From the human T2T-CHM13v2.0 reference genome, Homo sapiens: 64,000 nucleotides of DNA. Location: assembly GCF_009914755.1 (NCBI RefSeq), contig NC_060935.1; one strand, written 5' to 3'. The first letter of the stretch is position 1. Every line of letters starts with the position of its first letter. Both the position numbers and the translations under genes were made by a program. Below, piece by piece: positions 30,513 through 43,619 of the stretch. The notes below the pieces were generated by a model. It was not told the DNA's origin. It worked only from the letters and a program-made list of their open reading frames with translations, and did not search any database.

Positions 30513-30641
30513 TTTTTTTTTTTCCTTTCTGGAGATGGGGGTCTCCCTATATCTCCCAGGCTGGTCTCAAACTTCTGGGCTCAAGCGAGCCTCCTACCTC
30601 TCTGGAGTAACTGGGACAATGGATGTGTCCTACTTCCAGCT
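30513..30641 (-). mobile_element. Alu monomer (FLAM_A/FAM-like), diverged
   Basis: T-tail then 'gagatgggggtctccctatatctcccaggctggtctcaaacttctgggctcaag'. Confidence 0.75.
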
Positions 30642-30654
30642 TAGAAGTTTTTAA

Positions 30655-30942
30655 ATATATATATTTTTTGAGATGGAGTCTCGCTCTGTCACCCAGGCTG
30701 GAGTACAGTGGTGTGATCTCGGCTCACTGCAACCTGTGCCTCCTGGGTTCAAATGATTCTTGTGCCTCAGCCTCCTGAATAAGTGGGATTACAGGCATGC
30801 ATCACTATGCTCGGCTAATTTTTGTATTTTTAGTAGAGATGAGGTTTCACCAGGCTGGTCTCGAACTCCTGACCTCAAGGGATCCACCCACCTAGGCCTC
30901 CCAAAGTGCTGGGATTACAGGCATCAGCCACTGTGCCCAGCC
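30655..30942 (-). mobile_element. AluS
   Basis: Reverse dimer; TSD tagaagtttt. Confidence 0.93.
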
Positions 30943-31903
30943 TAGAAGTTTTCAGTGTTAATGTACCCCTGATTATTAATTATTTCTTTCATGGGTTGTG
31001 GCTTTGGTGTTATATCTATAAAGTCATCACCAAATTCAAGGTCATCTAAATTTTCTCCTATGTTATCTTCTAGGAGTTTTATAGTTTCTGTGATCCATTT
31101 TGAGTTAATTTTCATGAAGGCTATTTTTGTGAATGTGTCTAGATTTTTTTTTTTTGGCATGGGAGTGTCCAGTTGTTCTAGCACTATTTGTTGAAAAGGC
31201 TAAATTGTCTCCATTATATTGCCTTTCCTCCTTTATCAACAATCAGTTAACTACATTTATGTGGGTCTATGTCCTGCTCACTATTCTATTCTGTTGATCT
31301 AGTTACCTCTTCTTTTACCAATACCACACTGTCTTAATTACTGTAGGTTTATAGTAAGTTTCGAGGTAAGATTGTGTCAGTTCTCTGATTTTGTTTTTCT
31401 CCTTCAATATCATGTTGGCTATTCTGGGTCTTTTGCCTCTCCATATAAACTCTAGAATCAGTTTGTCAATCTCCACAAAATAACTTACTTGGATTTTAAC
31501 TGGGTTGCAGTGAACTATAGATCAAGTTGGGAAGAATGGACCACTTGAAAATATTGAGTTTTCCTATTCATGAACATGGAATATATCTCCATTTATTTAG
31601 CTTTCTGATTTCTTTCATCAGAGTTTTATAATTCTCATCATATATATCATATATAGAGAAAGATTTATATCTAAGTAGTTCATTTTTTTGAGTGCTGATG
31701 TAAATGATATTGTATTTTTAATTTCAAATTCTGCTTGTTGCTGGTACTAAAGTAAAATTTAAGCACATCAAAAACAAAGACAGAAAGCTTCCAAAAAAAA
31801 ATATCACCTACAAATAAGGAGAATTAAATGGACACTGAAATAATAAGCAATATCTAGAAACTGTTGGGGAAAAAGAATTTGAACCTAGAATTTTATATAC
31901 CGC

Positions 31904-33984
31904 TGATAGCAGTGGTGGACTGTCTGGAGCAGCTGCTGCCGTCATGTTGGCTGCTGCAGGGAGGGTGCTGGGAGGAGGCAGAAAGCCCCCTCACAGCCCA
32001 CCACCTTGAGAAGAGGGAGGCCCTGAGGCAGAGCTGGGCTGGGGCCAGTGCTGTGGTTGCACACAGAGTGGGGTGGGGGTGGGGGTGGGGGACCAGGCCT
32101 GGGGTGCATAGCCGGGGCCGTGCTTCAGGGTCTGGGGAGGAAAGTAGGAGTGGCACCTGCTTTGGGGACCGGCCAGCGGCACAGCCACTGTACCCATACC
32201 CCAAGGATGCCAGGTTCCTGTGCCTCAGGAGGAGGCTCTGTGAGGGGCCACCAGGGGCCGCCTGGTCTGTGTCTCTGGGGTCCACCCTGTGATGGGAGAC
32301 CACCAAGCCTGACACTCCAGTTGGCTGGGCCCAGGTCCCGAGATCCACTTTGCCTCGGGCTGCCCCTGAGCACCAGGGCAATGCTGGGAGCTTGTGGTGA
32401 TGCCGCCCCTGCCCTGAACACTGGCCTGGGCTCAGTGAGGACTGCAGCCCTTGCCCCAGGCTGCCAGGGGGGCATGGCCAGGGCTGCATGCTCCACAGAG
32501 CTGGCTGGAGCCAGAAGCAGGCAGCAGCCCTGCCCTCCCAGGTGCAGCTGCAGCTGCCCAAGTTGGGGTTGTGAACTTAGGCCTCCATATGCTCTTAGGG
32601 GCCCAAGAAGACCTCGCCACCCCCTCTGCCCTTGCAGGCTTGGAAGTGCCTACTCCTGCTGCCTTGCTTCTCCCCGCTGTCAGTGCTGGCTCCCATCTTG
32701 GAGCAAGGTCGGGGCCAAGTCTGGGTGTTGTCACAGCCCAGCTGGGTGTGCACATGCTTGGGGCAGTGCTGACATACCAGCCCTCTGCCACCTTGGCCCC
32801 TTCTGGACTTTGGGCATCAATGAGCATGGGAGGGAAGCCAAGGGGGTGGTGAGGGCAGCTTGGCACTGGCCTGTAGGCATCCATTGGCACAAACAGCCTG
32901 GGCGCCATGAAAGGCAGCAGGAGGCAGACAGGTTCCTGGGCAGAAGGGGGTGGTTCCCAGTGGGGCCCCCACCTTCAGGCCAGGGACGGCCTGAAGGCTA
33001 AAGGCTGGGCTGCCAGTCCTGTGGACTGCAGTGGGAGCTTGAGGTGCCTTTTCCACCTGCCTATGGTCGTTCATGGACCAATCAGCATGCACTTCCTCCC
33101 CTCTGAGGCCCATAAAAGCCCCAGGCTCAGCCAGAGCTGAGAAGATGTCTGACGACCAGCTGCAGAGGGAAGCAACCCACTTCAGGGCCTCCTCTCTGCT
33201 GACAGCTGCAGAGACAACTGGATGACCTGCCTGCAGAGAAGAGTTTCCCACTCCAGGATCTCCTCTCTGCTAGGAGCTGAACACCTGTTGGGACACCCTG
33301 GCTGTGGAAAGGAGCTGCCCCCTGGGGGAGACTGAGCTGTTCTATCACTCAATAAAGCTCCTCTTCATCTAGCTCACCCTCCACTTGTCTGTGTACCCCA
33401 TTCTTCTTGGTCACAGGAGAGGAACTCAGGACCCATCAAATGGTGGGGCTAAAAGAACTGTAACACAAACAGGGCTGAAACATGCCTCTTGCTTGCCACA
33501 TTATGAGTGAAGAGAAGAGAAGAGCTGCGGCCCTTCAGGTAGCCCAGACTTGGGAGCTACCCAAGCCAGGACTGTGACTGTCTCTTTGGGGCCCTGCGAT
33601 TCCTGGTGTCTTCAAGTGTCCAGGTGCCACTGTGTTCCCCAGTGCCAGTGTGGAAGCTGCTTGCTGTGCACCTGGTCCAGTTGCAGCCTCGTAGGGAGCC
33701 GATGCCCATGACAGCACCTGGAGCTGCTCACCCCACTGCAGCAGCTGGCATGTCTGACTGTGAGCAGTGGCTGGACCCCATACTCACTCACACACCTTTC
33801 ACCATTCCACGCCTGACTTGCTCTTGGCAGGCATGGGACCCAGACCAGTAGCATGAGCTGAGCACAGCCCACCAGGCCAAGAGGGTGAAACAGGCCCAGC
33901 ATTCTTGAACAAAACTTGGGCAAAGGTGCCACTGGCCACAGAGGTTTCTGGCCAGAAAAATGATACCCCAAAGATTCCATAACA
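31904..33984 (+). mobile_element. MER52 ERV1 solo LTR (2.08 kb, MER52D-sized)
   Basis: TGATAGCAGTGG...AAAGATTCCATAACA ends; TSD ccgc/ctgc; GC-rich body; CATAAAA ~33111, AATAAA 33351. Confidence 0.92.
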
Positions 33985-34077
33985 CTGCTAAATATTAATT
34001 TAAATATGAAGCCAAAGTAAAGTTATTTGCAGGCACAAAGATTGCATGAAAAATGTATTTTAGCAATTTAAAAAAAG

Positions 34078-34232
34078 TGGGCTGGTGCACTCCTGTAGTC
34101 CCAGCTACTCAGGAGGCTGAGGTGGGAGGACTGCTTGAGCCCTGGAAATCAAGGCTGCAGTGACCTAGTATCGCACCACTGCACTATAGCCTTGGTGAGC
34201 AAAACTCTGCCTCAAAATAATAATAATAATAT
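34078..34232 (+). mobile_element. Alu right monomer (FRAM/AluJ-like)
   Basis: 'cctgtagtcccagctactc...aaggctgcagtga', (TAA)n tail. Confidence 0.85.
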
Positions 34233-34285
34233 AAGGTGACTCTAAGAGGTAGTACAAGAAAAATACGATTGGAAAAGAACTTATT

Positions 34286-34602
<317 letters not shown>

Positions 34603-35674
34603 GGAAAAGAACTTATTAAATTTTATTGATGCTTGAATAAATGATGCATATATATCACATCTAAAGCAAAAATCCAAATAATATCAACATGATAGTAGTC
34701 GAGAGAGACAGGAGGTGGGAAGAGATGAAAAGAATAGCCAAAATATCTTCTATGTCTGAAAAATAAAAACATACTACTTTCTGGCCTTTGGATTAAAGAG
34801 GGAATCTTAACGGAAATTATGAATTACTTAGAATTGAATGTCAAAAAAAACTCTACATGTCAACAATACTGCTAAAGCATAGCAACAGGAAAATTTATAG
34901 CTTTAAGTAAATCTCTCAGAAAACAAAAAAGGCTGAAAACAAAAGAAATATGTACTCAAACCTGGAAGAGAAGGCCCAAACAAACAAGAAAAGGGGAAAT
35001 GACAAGGTAAGAGCAGAAGTTGATGAAGTAGAGAACGATATCAAGAAAAACAAAAACAATAAGAATGATGAGTAAAAACAAATTTTTTTTGAAAACACTC
35101 ACAAAATAAACTTCTTAAAAATGCTGATAAAAGAAACATCAAGAACACAAGAGAGCATTTCAAATAACCAAACTACAGAATTAAACAGGGGCTAAAACTA
35201 ATATTTTAAAACATAAAATAATACTAGAAAAATTATACACATATACAACTATATACATTGGAAACCTAGATGAAATGCACAAATTTCTGGAAAATATATA
35301 ATGCTGAAATTGATACAAGATAAACAGAAAACTAATAGCAAAATAGACAGATTTAAATGGTAATTATAAAAATCTCCCTGCCACCTTGAAAGTCCAAAGG
35401 CTCAGGATATTTTATAGGTAAGGTCTACCAAAATTTGAAGAGACAGCTAATTATGCACATTATATATGTTCAGTGTTTCATATTCCAATTATACCTCAAT
35501 AAAGCTGAGGTAGAGGAAGAAAAAAACCCAACTAATTGGTATGTAACACAAATTGTTGCAGAAATAGAAAAGAAGGAAAGCTGTTCAGGCTGTTTCATGA
35601 ACCTTGATATAACTTGTATAAACTTGATTCCAAAAAAGAAAAAGATACAATACAAAAAGGAAATGTTAGGCCCC

Positions 35675-35986
35675 TTTTTTTTTTTTTTTTTTTTTTTTGA
35701 GATGGAGTTTCGCTCTTGTTGCCCAGGCTGGAGTGCAATGGCATGATCTTGGCTCACTGCAACCCAACCTCCGCCTTCTGGGTTCAAACGATTCTCCTGC
35801 CTCAGCCCCGCCGAGTAGCTGGGATTACAGGTGCCTGCCATCACGCCCAGCTAATTTTTGTATTTTCAGTAGAGACGGGGTTTCACCATGTTGGCCAGGC
35901 TGGTCTCAAACCACTGACCTTGTGATCCGCCCGCCTAGGCCTCCCAAAGTGCTGGGATTACAGGCGTGAGCCACTGCACCCGGCCT
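35675..35986 (-). mobile_element. AluS
   Basis: Full reverse dimer; TSD taggcccctttt/taggccactttt. Confidence 0.95.
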
Positions 35987-36527
35987 AGGCCACTTTTATT
36001 TACAAATATAGGTATAAAAAGCTTCAGTAAGGTATCAACTGAATCTAAAACTATTTTTTAATACATAATTTTTCAAATAATATAATACTAAATAACATGA
36101 AACATCTAACTACTGACATACATAGTATAATTGGATCCTTACTGTTCAGTGAAAAAGTCAGTCACACAAGACCACATACTATATGATTCCATTCCTAAGA
36201 ATTTTAAGATAGGAAAATGGATTTGTAGCGAGGGAGTTCAGAATTGTTACCTTGAGGGTGAGAGGGTTGGCAGTGTAAACTGGCTGAGAGCATGAGAAAG
36301 CCTACTATATTGCTGGAAATACTCAGAATCTTGGTCTGAGTGATATTTAAATGTGTATACATATGTAGAAATTCATCAAGTTGTACATCTAAGATTTGTG
36401 TAATTTCCTGAAGTAGTTTATGCTACAATGAAAAAAATAGACTGAATGGAAAGGATTTATTTCAGTAATGTGAAAGTAGTTCAGTATTAGAAAGTATAGT
36501 ATATCAATGTAATCCATCACTTTAAAG

Positions 36528-36745
36528 CAGAAGTTAGACAAGTTTTTCTTGTTGAAGGCCAGATAATAAATCATTTAGGCTTTGTGGGCTAGCTGGTGTC
36601 TGTCTCCTTATGCAACTCTTCCACTGTAGTGTGAAAGCAGCCATAAACAATATGTAAATGATGGGTGTGGCTCTGTTCCAGTTAAGCATTGTGAAAAACA
36701 GGCAGCAACCCAATTTGGTCTACAGCCTACATTTTGTCAACCCTG
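36528..36745 (+). mobile_element. MER58A hAT-Charlie MITE
   Basis: 'aaggccagataataaatcatttaggctttgtgggc...gtgaaagcagccataaacaatatgtaaa'; CAG...CTG ends; 8-bp TSD ctttaaag/atttaaag. Confidence 0.88.
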
Positions 36746-37010
36746 ATTTAAAGGAATAAAAGAGAAAAATTATAGGGTCTCCTGAGTGGATGCAAAAAAC
36801 TTCTGATAAAGTTCAACACTAAAAGTTGAGCTTTTAAAAAACTCTAAGGAAACTAGGAGCTTTCTTAACTTCATAAAAATTAGCTAACAAAACCCTGCAG
36901 CAAACATCATGCTTAAAGAAGACACTTTTTATGTATTCTTATTAAGGTCGGGAACAAGAAAGTAACATCCACTGTCACTGCTATGCTGTTCAACAGAATA
37001 ATGAAGGTCA

Positions 37011-37364
<354 letters not shown>

Positions 37365-37560
37365 TTAGAAATAAAGATAAAATAGTCACTATTTGCAGAT
37401 GATACAATAATTTAATGAGAAAACCCAAACAAGTCAACAGATGAACTTTTAGGACTATTCAGAGAGTTTAGTAAGGTTGCCGGATTCTAAATCAAAATAG
37501 AAATTTGAATACAGAAAACATTAATATCATTGATAATATCCATGGACAAATCCAGGTGTC

Positions 37561-37695
37561 TTTTTTTTTTCTTTTAATAGAGACAGGATCTCACTATGTT
37601 GTCCAGGGTGGCCTCAAACTCTTCACCTCAAAAGATCTGCCTGCCTCAGCCTCCCAAAGTGCTGGAATTATGGGTGTGACCCACCAGGCCTGGCT
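37561..37695 (-). mobile_element. Alu left monomer (FLAM_C-like)
   Basis: T-tail then left-arm sequence only. Confidence 0.85.
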
Positions 37696-38191
37696 CAAAT
37701 CTGAGTTTGGAGGAGTGGAAGATTGTGCAATTTGGGGAGCTGTCTTTCAGAAAAATAAAATAAAACTACAGATTCAAAATTAGGTATAAAATAAATGTTT
37801 ATTTAGAGATAGAAATCACAACTAATTATAATTTCTAAAAACTGAAAAATATAATGAGCATGACAACAGAAAAGCAACATTAAAAAAATTAAATGCTATC
37901 TTTGCACTTTTATGTTCAGATATCCAGTGAGTCAGGAGAGTGGCTGGAATGAATTCCAGGAATTTCTGAAAGTCACTCTGACACCAAGACATCTAGCCGT
38001 GACTTAACGAGACCTGGATGTGATCCTGAGGCACATAAATACATCCCATCAACCCCAAGTTAGTGTATCCCCATCTCAAATTCCTCTTAGCTGGAGCTCC
38101 AAAGCACTTGTGATCACTCCAGTGCTGTCCGACGTTTAGGGGAGATGTTATGGAGGGGAACTTGGGATGGAAAGAGACAGCAGCCTTAACC

Positions 38192-38247
38192 AATTGTAGT
38201 TAAAATACTTTACTTTTTAAATTGTAGTTAAAATACTTTACTTTTAC
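38192..38247. repeat. 28-bp tandem duplication
   Basis: aattgtagttaaaatactttactttt occurs at 38192 and 38220. Confidence 0.9.
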
Positions 38248-39024
38248 TTTTACAATGATAGAGGCACTTTTCTAGCCCCTCCCAGGATCCTGGAAAGGAG
38301 AATAAACTTGCCTCTGATAATGGCAATGAAGACCACAAAGTTCCTAAGAATTAACATAACAAAGAAGGCCCAAGAGCATAAAGGAAAAAAAAAAGTAAAC
38401 TTTACTAAAGGCCATTATATAAAAGACCTAAATAAATAGAAGTACTATATCCATGTTTGAGATGATTTAATCTTGGAAAGATGCCTATTAGCCCCAAATG
38501 AATTTCTACATTTAATTAAATTCCAGGAGGGTTTTTGGAGAATTAAACAACTTGATTATAAAATTTGTAGAGAAGAATTGAGATCCACAAATAGCAAATC
38601 CAATTTTAAAAGAAAAACAAAGAGGCAACATTTGTTCTGCTGATAATCAAACTATGATGACAAGGTCATAATAGTAAAAGCAGTGTGTAATTGGCATAGG
38701 GATAAACAGGCTGAAGAAACAGTGTAAGAGACTAGGGACAGATGTAGACATACATATATAAATTTAGTAAACAAAAACAAGTCTGAATTTAAAAACTACA
38801 AGGGAATGCAGCACGGGATAGACACATCACAAATCAGTGAGGGAAGGATGAGTTGCTTAGTACAGAGTGTCAGGAAGAGCGGTTCACAGTTTTGGAAAGA
38901 AGTTAAGTTGGGCTCCTACTTGATACAACATTTAAAAAAAATCCAACTGGAGAAAGACCTAAATGCGAAAAGTAAAATTATAAACAATAATATTAATAAA
39001 AGAAAATGTATTAAAAATAACTCT

Positions 39025-39335
39025 GGCCAGGTATGGTGGCTCAGGCCTGTATTCCCAGTGCTTTGGGAGGCTAAGGCAGGTGGATCTCTTGAGCCCATGA
39101 GTTCAGGACCAGCCTGGGCAAAATGATGACACCCCATCTCAACCAAAAAAAAAAAAAATTAGCCAGGTGTTGTGGCACACCTGTAGTCCCAGCTACTTGG
39201 GAGGCTGAGGTAGAAGGATCGCTTGAACTTGGGAGGTCAAGGCTGCAGTGAGCCAAGACTGCACCACTGTAGTCCAGCCTGGGCAACAGAGCAAGACCCT
39301 GTCTCAAAAAATAAATAGATAAATAACTAAAAATA
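39025..39335 (+). mobile_element. AluJ
   Basis: Full dimer; TSD aaaaataactct. Confidence 0.93.
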
Positions 39336-39550
39336 AAAATAACTCTGAACCTCAGAGTTAGTATTTTTTATTCTTTTTTTCTTTATCAGTCAAGATTCAA
39401 GTTAATATTTCTTTGAAAAGATTAAAAATAAAAAAATACACAAACCATTAGACACAAAATAAATGGATTTGATTACATCAACGTTAGAGATTTCTGTTAA
39501 AAAAAAAAGACAAATGACAACCAGTATAAACAAAGTTAACAGTGGGATGA

Positions 39551-39964
<414 letters not shown>

Positions 39965-40097
39965 TAATCCAATGGCGGGAAAAAAGGAAGAGGATTTCAA
40001 TCAGCCATTCACTGAAGTGGACAATTGAATAGCTAATAACTGTAAAAAGAATTGCCCAATCTCTTTAATTCAAATTAAAATAAGAAGGTACCATTTT

Positions 40098-40232
40098 GGC
40101 CAGGCACGGTGGCTCACGCCTATAATCCCAGCACTTTGGGAGGCCGAGGCGGGCAGATCACCTGAGGTCAGGAGTTCGAGACTAGCCTCAACATGGAGAA
40201 ACCCTGTCTCTACAAAAAAAAAAAAAAAGAAA
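40098..40232 (+). mobile_element. Free AluS-type left monomer with own poly(A) and TSD
   Basis: 'gatcacctgaggtcagg...caacatggagaaaccc'; TSD aaggtaccatttt/aaagtaccatttt. Confidence 0.9.
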
Positions 40233-40398
40233 AAAGTACCATTTTAACCCCTTAGATTGGCAAAAATTAGAAAATTGGAATCATATCGAGTACTAGTGAG
40301 GAAGTGGGAAAGGGAAAACATTTCAGTCCCTGTTGTTAGGAAATGTGAACCAGGACAAGCAGGTTGCAGAGAAACCTGTATTATTAATAGTTACGCAT

Positions 40399-40496
40399 CG
40401 GGAGGCGGAGGCTGCAGTGAGCAGAGATCATGCCACTGCACTCCAGCCTGGGCGATAGAGCGAGACCTGGTCTCAAAAAAAAAAAAAAAAAAAAAT
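40399..40496 (+). mobile_element. Heavily 5'-truncated Alu (3' ~75 bp plus poly(A))
   Basis: 'cgggaggcggaggctgcagtgagc...gtctc(A)n'. Confidence 0.9.
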
Positions 40497-41483
40497 TATG
40501 CGTGAACCTTCCCCATCACTGGTACTTATCCTTGGCGCACAGCTTCAGAGAGTTGCACAGAGGCCCATGAGAGACGTGTACAAAAATGAGACAGTCATGC
40601 TGGTCTGGATCTGTGTCAGCCTGGTGTCTTTCACTAGGGGATGGGTAAATAAAACATGTTTGTGTAGGGTGGAATACCACGCAGCCGTCAGAAGTAATGA
40701 ACTGGGTCTTCATTGAGCAACTGGGAAGATCTCACAGGCAATCCAGAAGGAAGAAATGTAAGACACAGAATGGAATTGATACCAGGAATCCATTTGTTTA
40801 AATTTCAAAAACACAAACAGCACTGTGCTTTTAAAGAGCATTCATATGTCTAAATAACCAAAACCCCAAACATTTGAATGAAAGAATGTTTTGACCCCTC
40901 AAGTTTGACACAGGAGACATTTTGATGGTGGCTTATTATCCAGAACTGTTTGCTATAGAGATGCTTGCCTCTCCCTGTGCCCCTAGGGTGGGATTTGGGG
41001 ATGGGGTGAGGAGTCTGCTTTGCTGTAACTTGGCAGTAAGAGCAAACTATAAGTTTAATGGCTGCTTTAGAGGCCACATCAAGTATCTTCATGTCAAAAT
41101 GGTTTCATAAAGATGTCACTTGCTCTCCCAGAAATAAGTTAAAAGTCCTGTTATGGTAAGCCCTCTGGGCTATGGAGGGGCGAATCTTATCTTCTCTGTG
41201 AGAGTCATTTGCCCTGTGAATCTCTGTGTTACTGTAATGAGTCATTTTAAAGTGGGAATGGCAGCCTTTCCTGGAGGACCATTCTGCGGCCAAAGCTCAT
41301 GCCCTGGGGTCCCCGGCCTCAAGATCCAGCCTCATTAGCCCGGGAACCTCCCTCTTGGCCTCTCCTTTGTGATTCTGCTGTCTCCCTACTTGCGTGTAAA
41401 AGCAAAAATAAAAAAGAAGAAAAGTAAGTAAGACCAAAAATATTTTTTAAGCTAAAGGAAGACTTAATAAAATGGTAGGGATC

Positions 41484-41705
41484 GGCCGGGCGTGGTGGCT
41501 CACGCCTGTAATCCCAGCACTTTGGGAGGCCAAGGCAGGAGAATCACCTGAGGTCAGGAGTTTGAGACCAGCTTGGCCAATACGGTGAAACCCCATCTCT
41601 ACTAAAAATACAAAAATTAGCCGGGTGTGGTGGTGGGCACCTGTAATCCCAGCTACTCAGGAGGCTGAGGCAGGAGAATCACTTGAATCTGGGAGGTGGA
41701 GGTTG
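41484..41705 (+). mobile_element. AluS, 3'-truncated (no tail)
   Basis: Stops abruptly after 'gggaggtggaggttg'. Confidence 0.93.
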
Positions 41706-42319
41706 GGTCTACAGTTTTGGGCTGGAAGTACAGTTCTCACCTCCCGAGGCACCCTCCTGGGCCCCTGCTGGTTCTGTGCCTGCCTACCATCTGCCTTCCT
41801 CCTCCCTGTGCCTGTCCACTCAGCATGGAGCGGGGAGGGGCCACAACGTTTGTGCTTGACTCCCACTTCTGTCACCTGCTAGCTGTGGGACCTGGGAAAA
41901 TGGCCAAGTCTCAACTTCCTTCTCTCTATAAAGGTGAGAATTGTCACAAGCATTCTTTGGAATCCTAGGGTCCTGTGGAAATGGGAGGGCTTTTTATGAA
42001 TGGAGGCTCAGTTCAAGATGGCCTCCCCCTTGAAGCCCTCCAGGAAGGAAAGAGCCTTCAGGCCTCTTCAATATTCTCCCACCCAAACCCCTCGCCCAGG
42101 CTCTGGAGCACTTAGAGTGTACCAGTTTATATTTTAACATAATACTATTAACACCTAAGATATTCCCTGTATGCCTGGAAAAGTGTGGTGGTTATTAGTT
42201 AGTGCTTAATAGATATTAATCGATTGATTGAAAGGTCTTCTATTCTCTTTGTTTTCCTGCTTCCCTAACCAGATAGCGAACTCTTGGAAAGACAAACCTC
42301 TTCTTCTTCCTCCCTCCCT

Positions 42320-43615
42320 TCCATTTATCCTATCAATCAACAAATACTTGGGCATCTATTAATATTATGTTACAAACCTTGCCGTAGGTCTCAGAGATAC
42401 CAGACAGACACAGCCTTGTCCTCATGAAGCCTACATTCTTGGTGGCAGAGAGGGGAGAAGGCAGTTAAACACTTTAAAAAGAAACAAATAGATAAGAACA
42501 ACTACAAATTTTGAGAAGCACAATGGATACAAAAAAAAAGATTAAGCTGGGAGGCAACTAGGGGAGGGGATCTACTGAAGTGGGGCGGCCAGGCCACTGC
42601 TTGGGGAGGGCACTTTAATGGGAGAGCTGGCGATTAGGAAGAGATGGTTGGTGGCTGCTGGCAGAGGTGGGAAAGAGTGGCGTCTGTGGCACAAAAAACA
42701 CTCTGTAAGGCTCAGAGGCAGCAAGCAGCCTGTGGTTTTGAGGCAGGAGAACAGGGTCCGGAGGCAGGGAACCTAAGGCCAATTACACTGACTTCCTAAA
42801 ACTAAGTCAAAAGGAAAACCCCAACACTCCACACCAAAGTAACAAAAGAACAAAAGTAACAAAAGGTTACTCCCTTTGCAACCCTCCATCTTTTTGTGTC
42901 CCAGGTGAGAAATGGAAAGTACCTCTGATTGGTCCCCTCCCACAACCAATCAGACTGGTCACGGGCCTAGTCTGCATTTGCATAGGGGTATAACTTTGTA
43001 ACTTCACTTCAGGCTTTCATTGGTCCCCTCCCACAACCAATTGGATGTTTGCATAGGGGTATAACTTTGTAACTTCAGTTCAGCCTCTGACTGGTCACCT
43101 TCCACAACCAATCAGACTGGTTGCAGGCCACTACTTCATTTACATAGGATGTAAATCATGAAATCAATGGGAAACCTCTAGAGGGTATTTAAACCACAGA
43201 AAATTCTGTAACCAGTGCTTTTGAGCCCCCTGCTCGAGCCCACTCCCACTCTGTGGAGTGTACTTTCATTTCAATAAATCTATGTTTTCATTGCTTTATT
43301 CTTCCATTGCTTTGTTACAGCATTTTGTCCAATTCTTTGTTCAAAATGCCAAGAACCTGGACAACTCATAGTCAAAACCCTCCACCGGTTACAGTTTCAA
43401 AGTAGGGAAAGGAGACAGAGGGCACTGGAGCAAAGCTGAGGGGACAGGACAGAGGGTGGAGAGGTGGGAGGTGAGGTTTGACCGATCATAAGGGCAGGTC
43501 CTTGCAAAGGCCAAGAAAAGGGTATGGATTTTCTTTTCAGGGCAACAGGAAGCTGTAGAAGGGTTTCAAGCAGGGGAATAATATAACCATTTTATACTTC
43601 TGTAAAGATCTTTAG
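42320..43615 (-). mobile_element. L2 LINE split by MER51A
   Basis: 'tcaacaaatacttgggcatctat...gtcctcatgaagcctacattct' and 'ggattttcttttcagggcaacaggaagc...ggtttcaagcagggga'. Confidence 0.7.
42739..43393 (+). mobile_element. MER51A ERV1 solo LTR
   Basis: TGAGGCAGGAGAACAGGGTC...CCACCGGTTACA; perfect TSD gttt; repeated CCAAT units, TATTTAAA, AATAAA. Confidence 0.93.
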
Positions 43616-43619
43616 GGAG

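Larger units (their letters stand above)
37543..38316 (+). mobile_element. hAT-Tip100 DNA transposon relic (MER115/Zaphod-like)
   Basis: 'atccaggt...tgcaatttggggagctgtctttcagaaaaa...caaaattaggtataaaa...tttatttag' and end 'aaacttgcctctg'; family recalled. Confidence 0.5.

Noticed and set aside
32048-33001. 317-aa ORF and overlapping long ORFs
   Set aside because: Entirely inside the GC-rich MER52 LTR; ORFs occur in several frames and strands, composition is low-complexity and no domain is recognisable
34078-34232. 7SL or BC200 RNA gene
   Set aside because: No SRP S-domain or BC200 unique 3' domain; just a diverged Alu monomer
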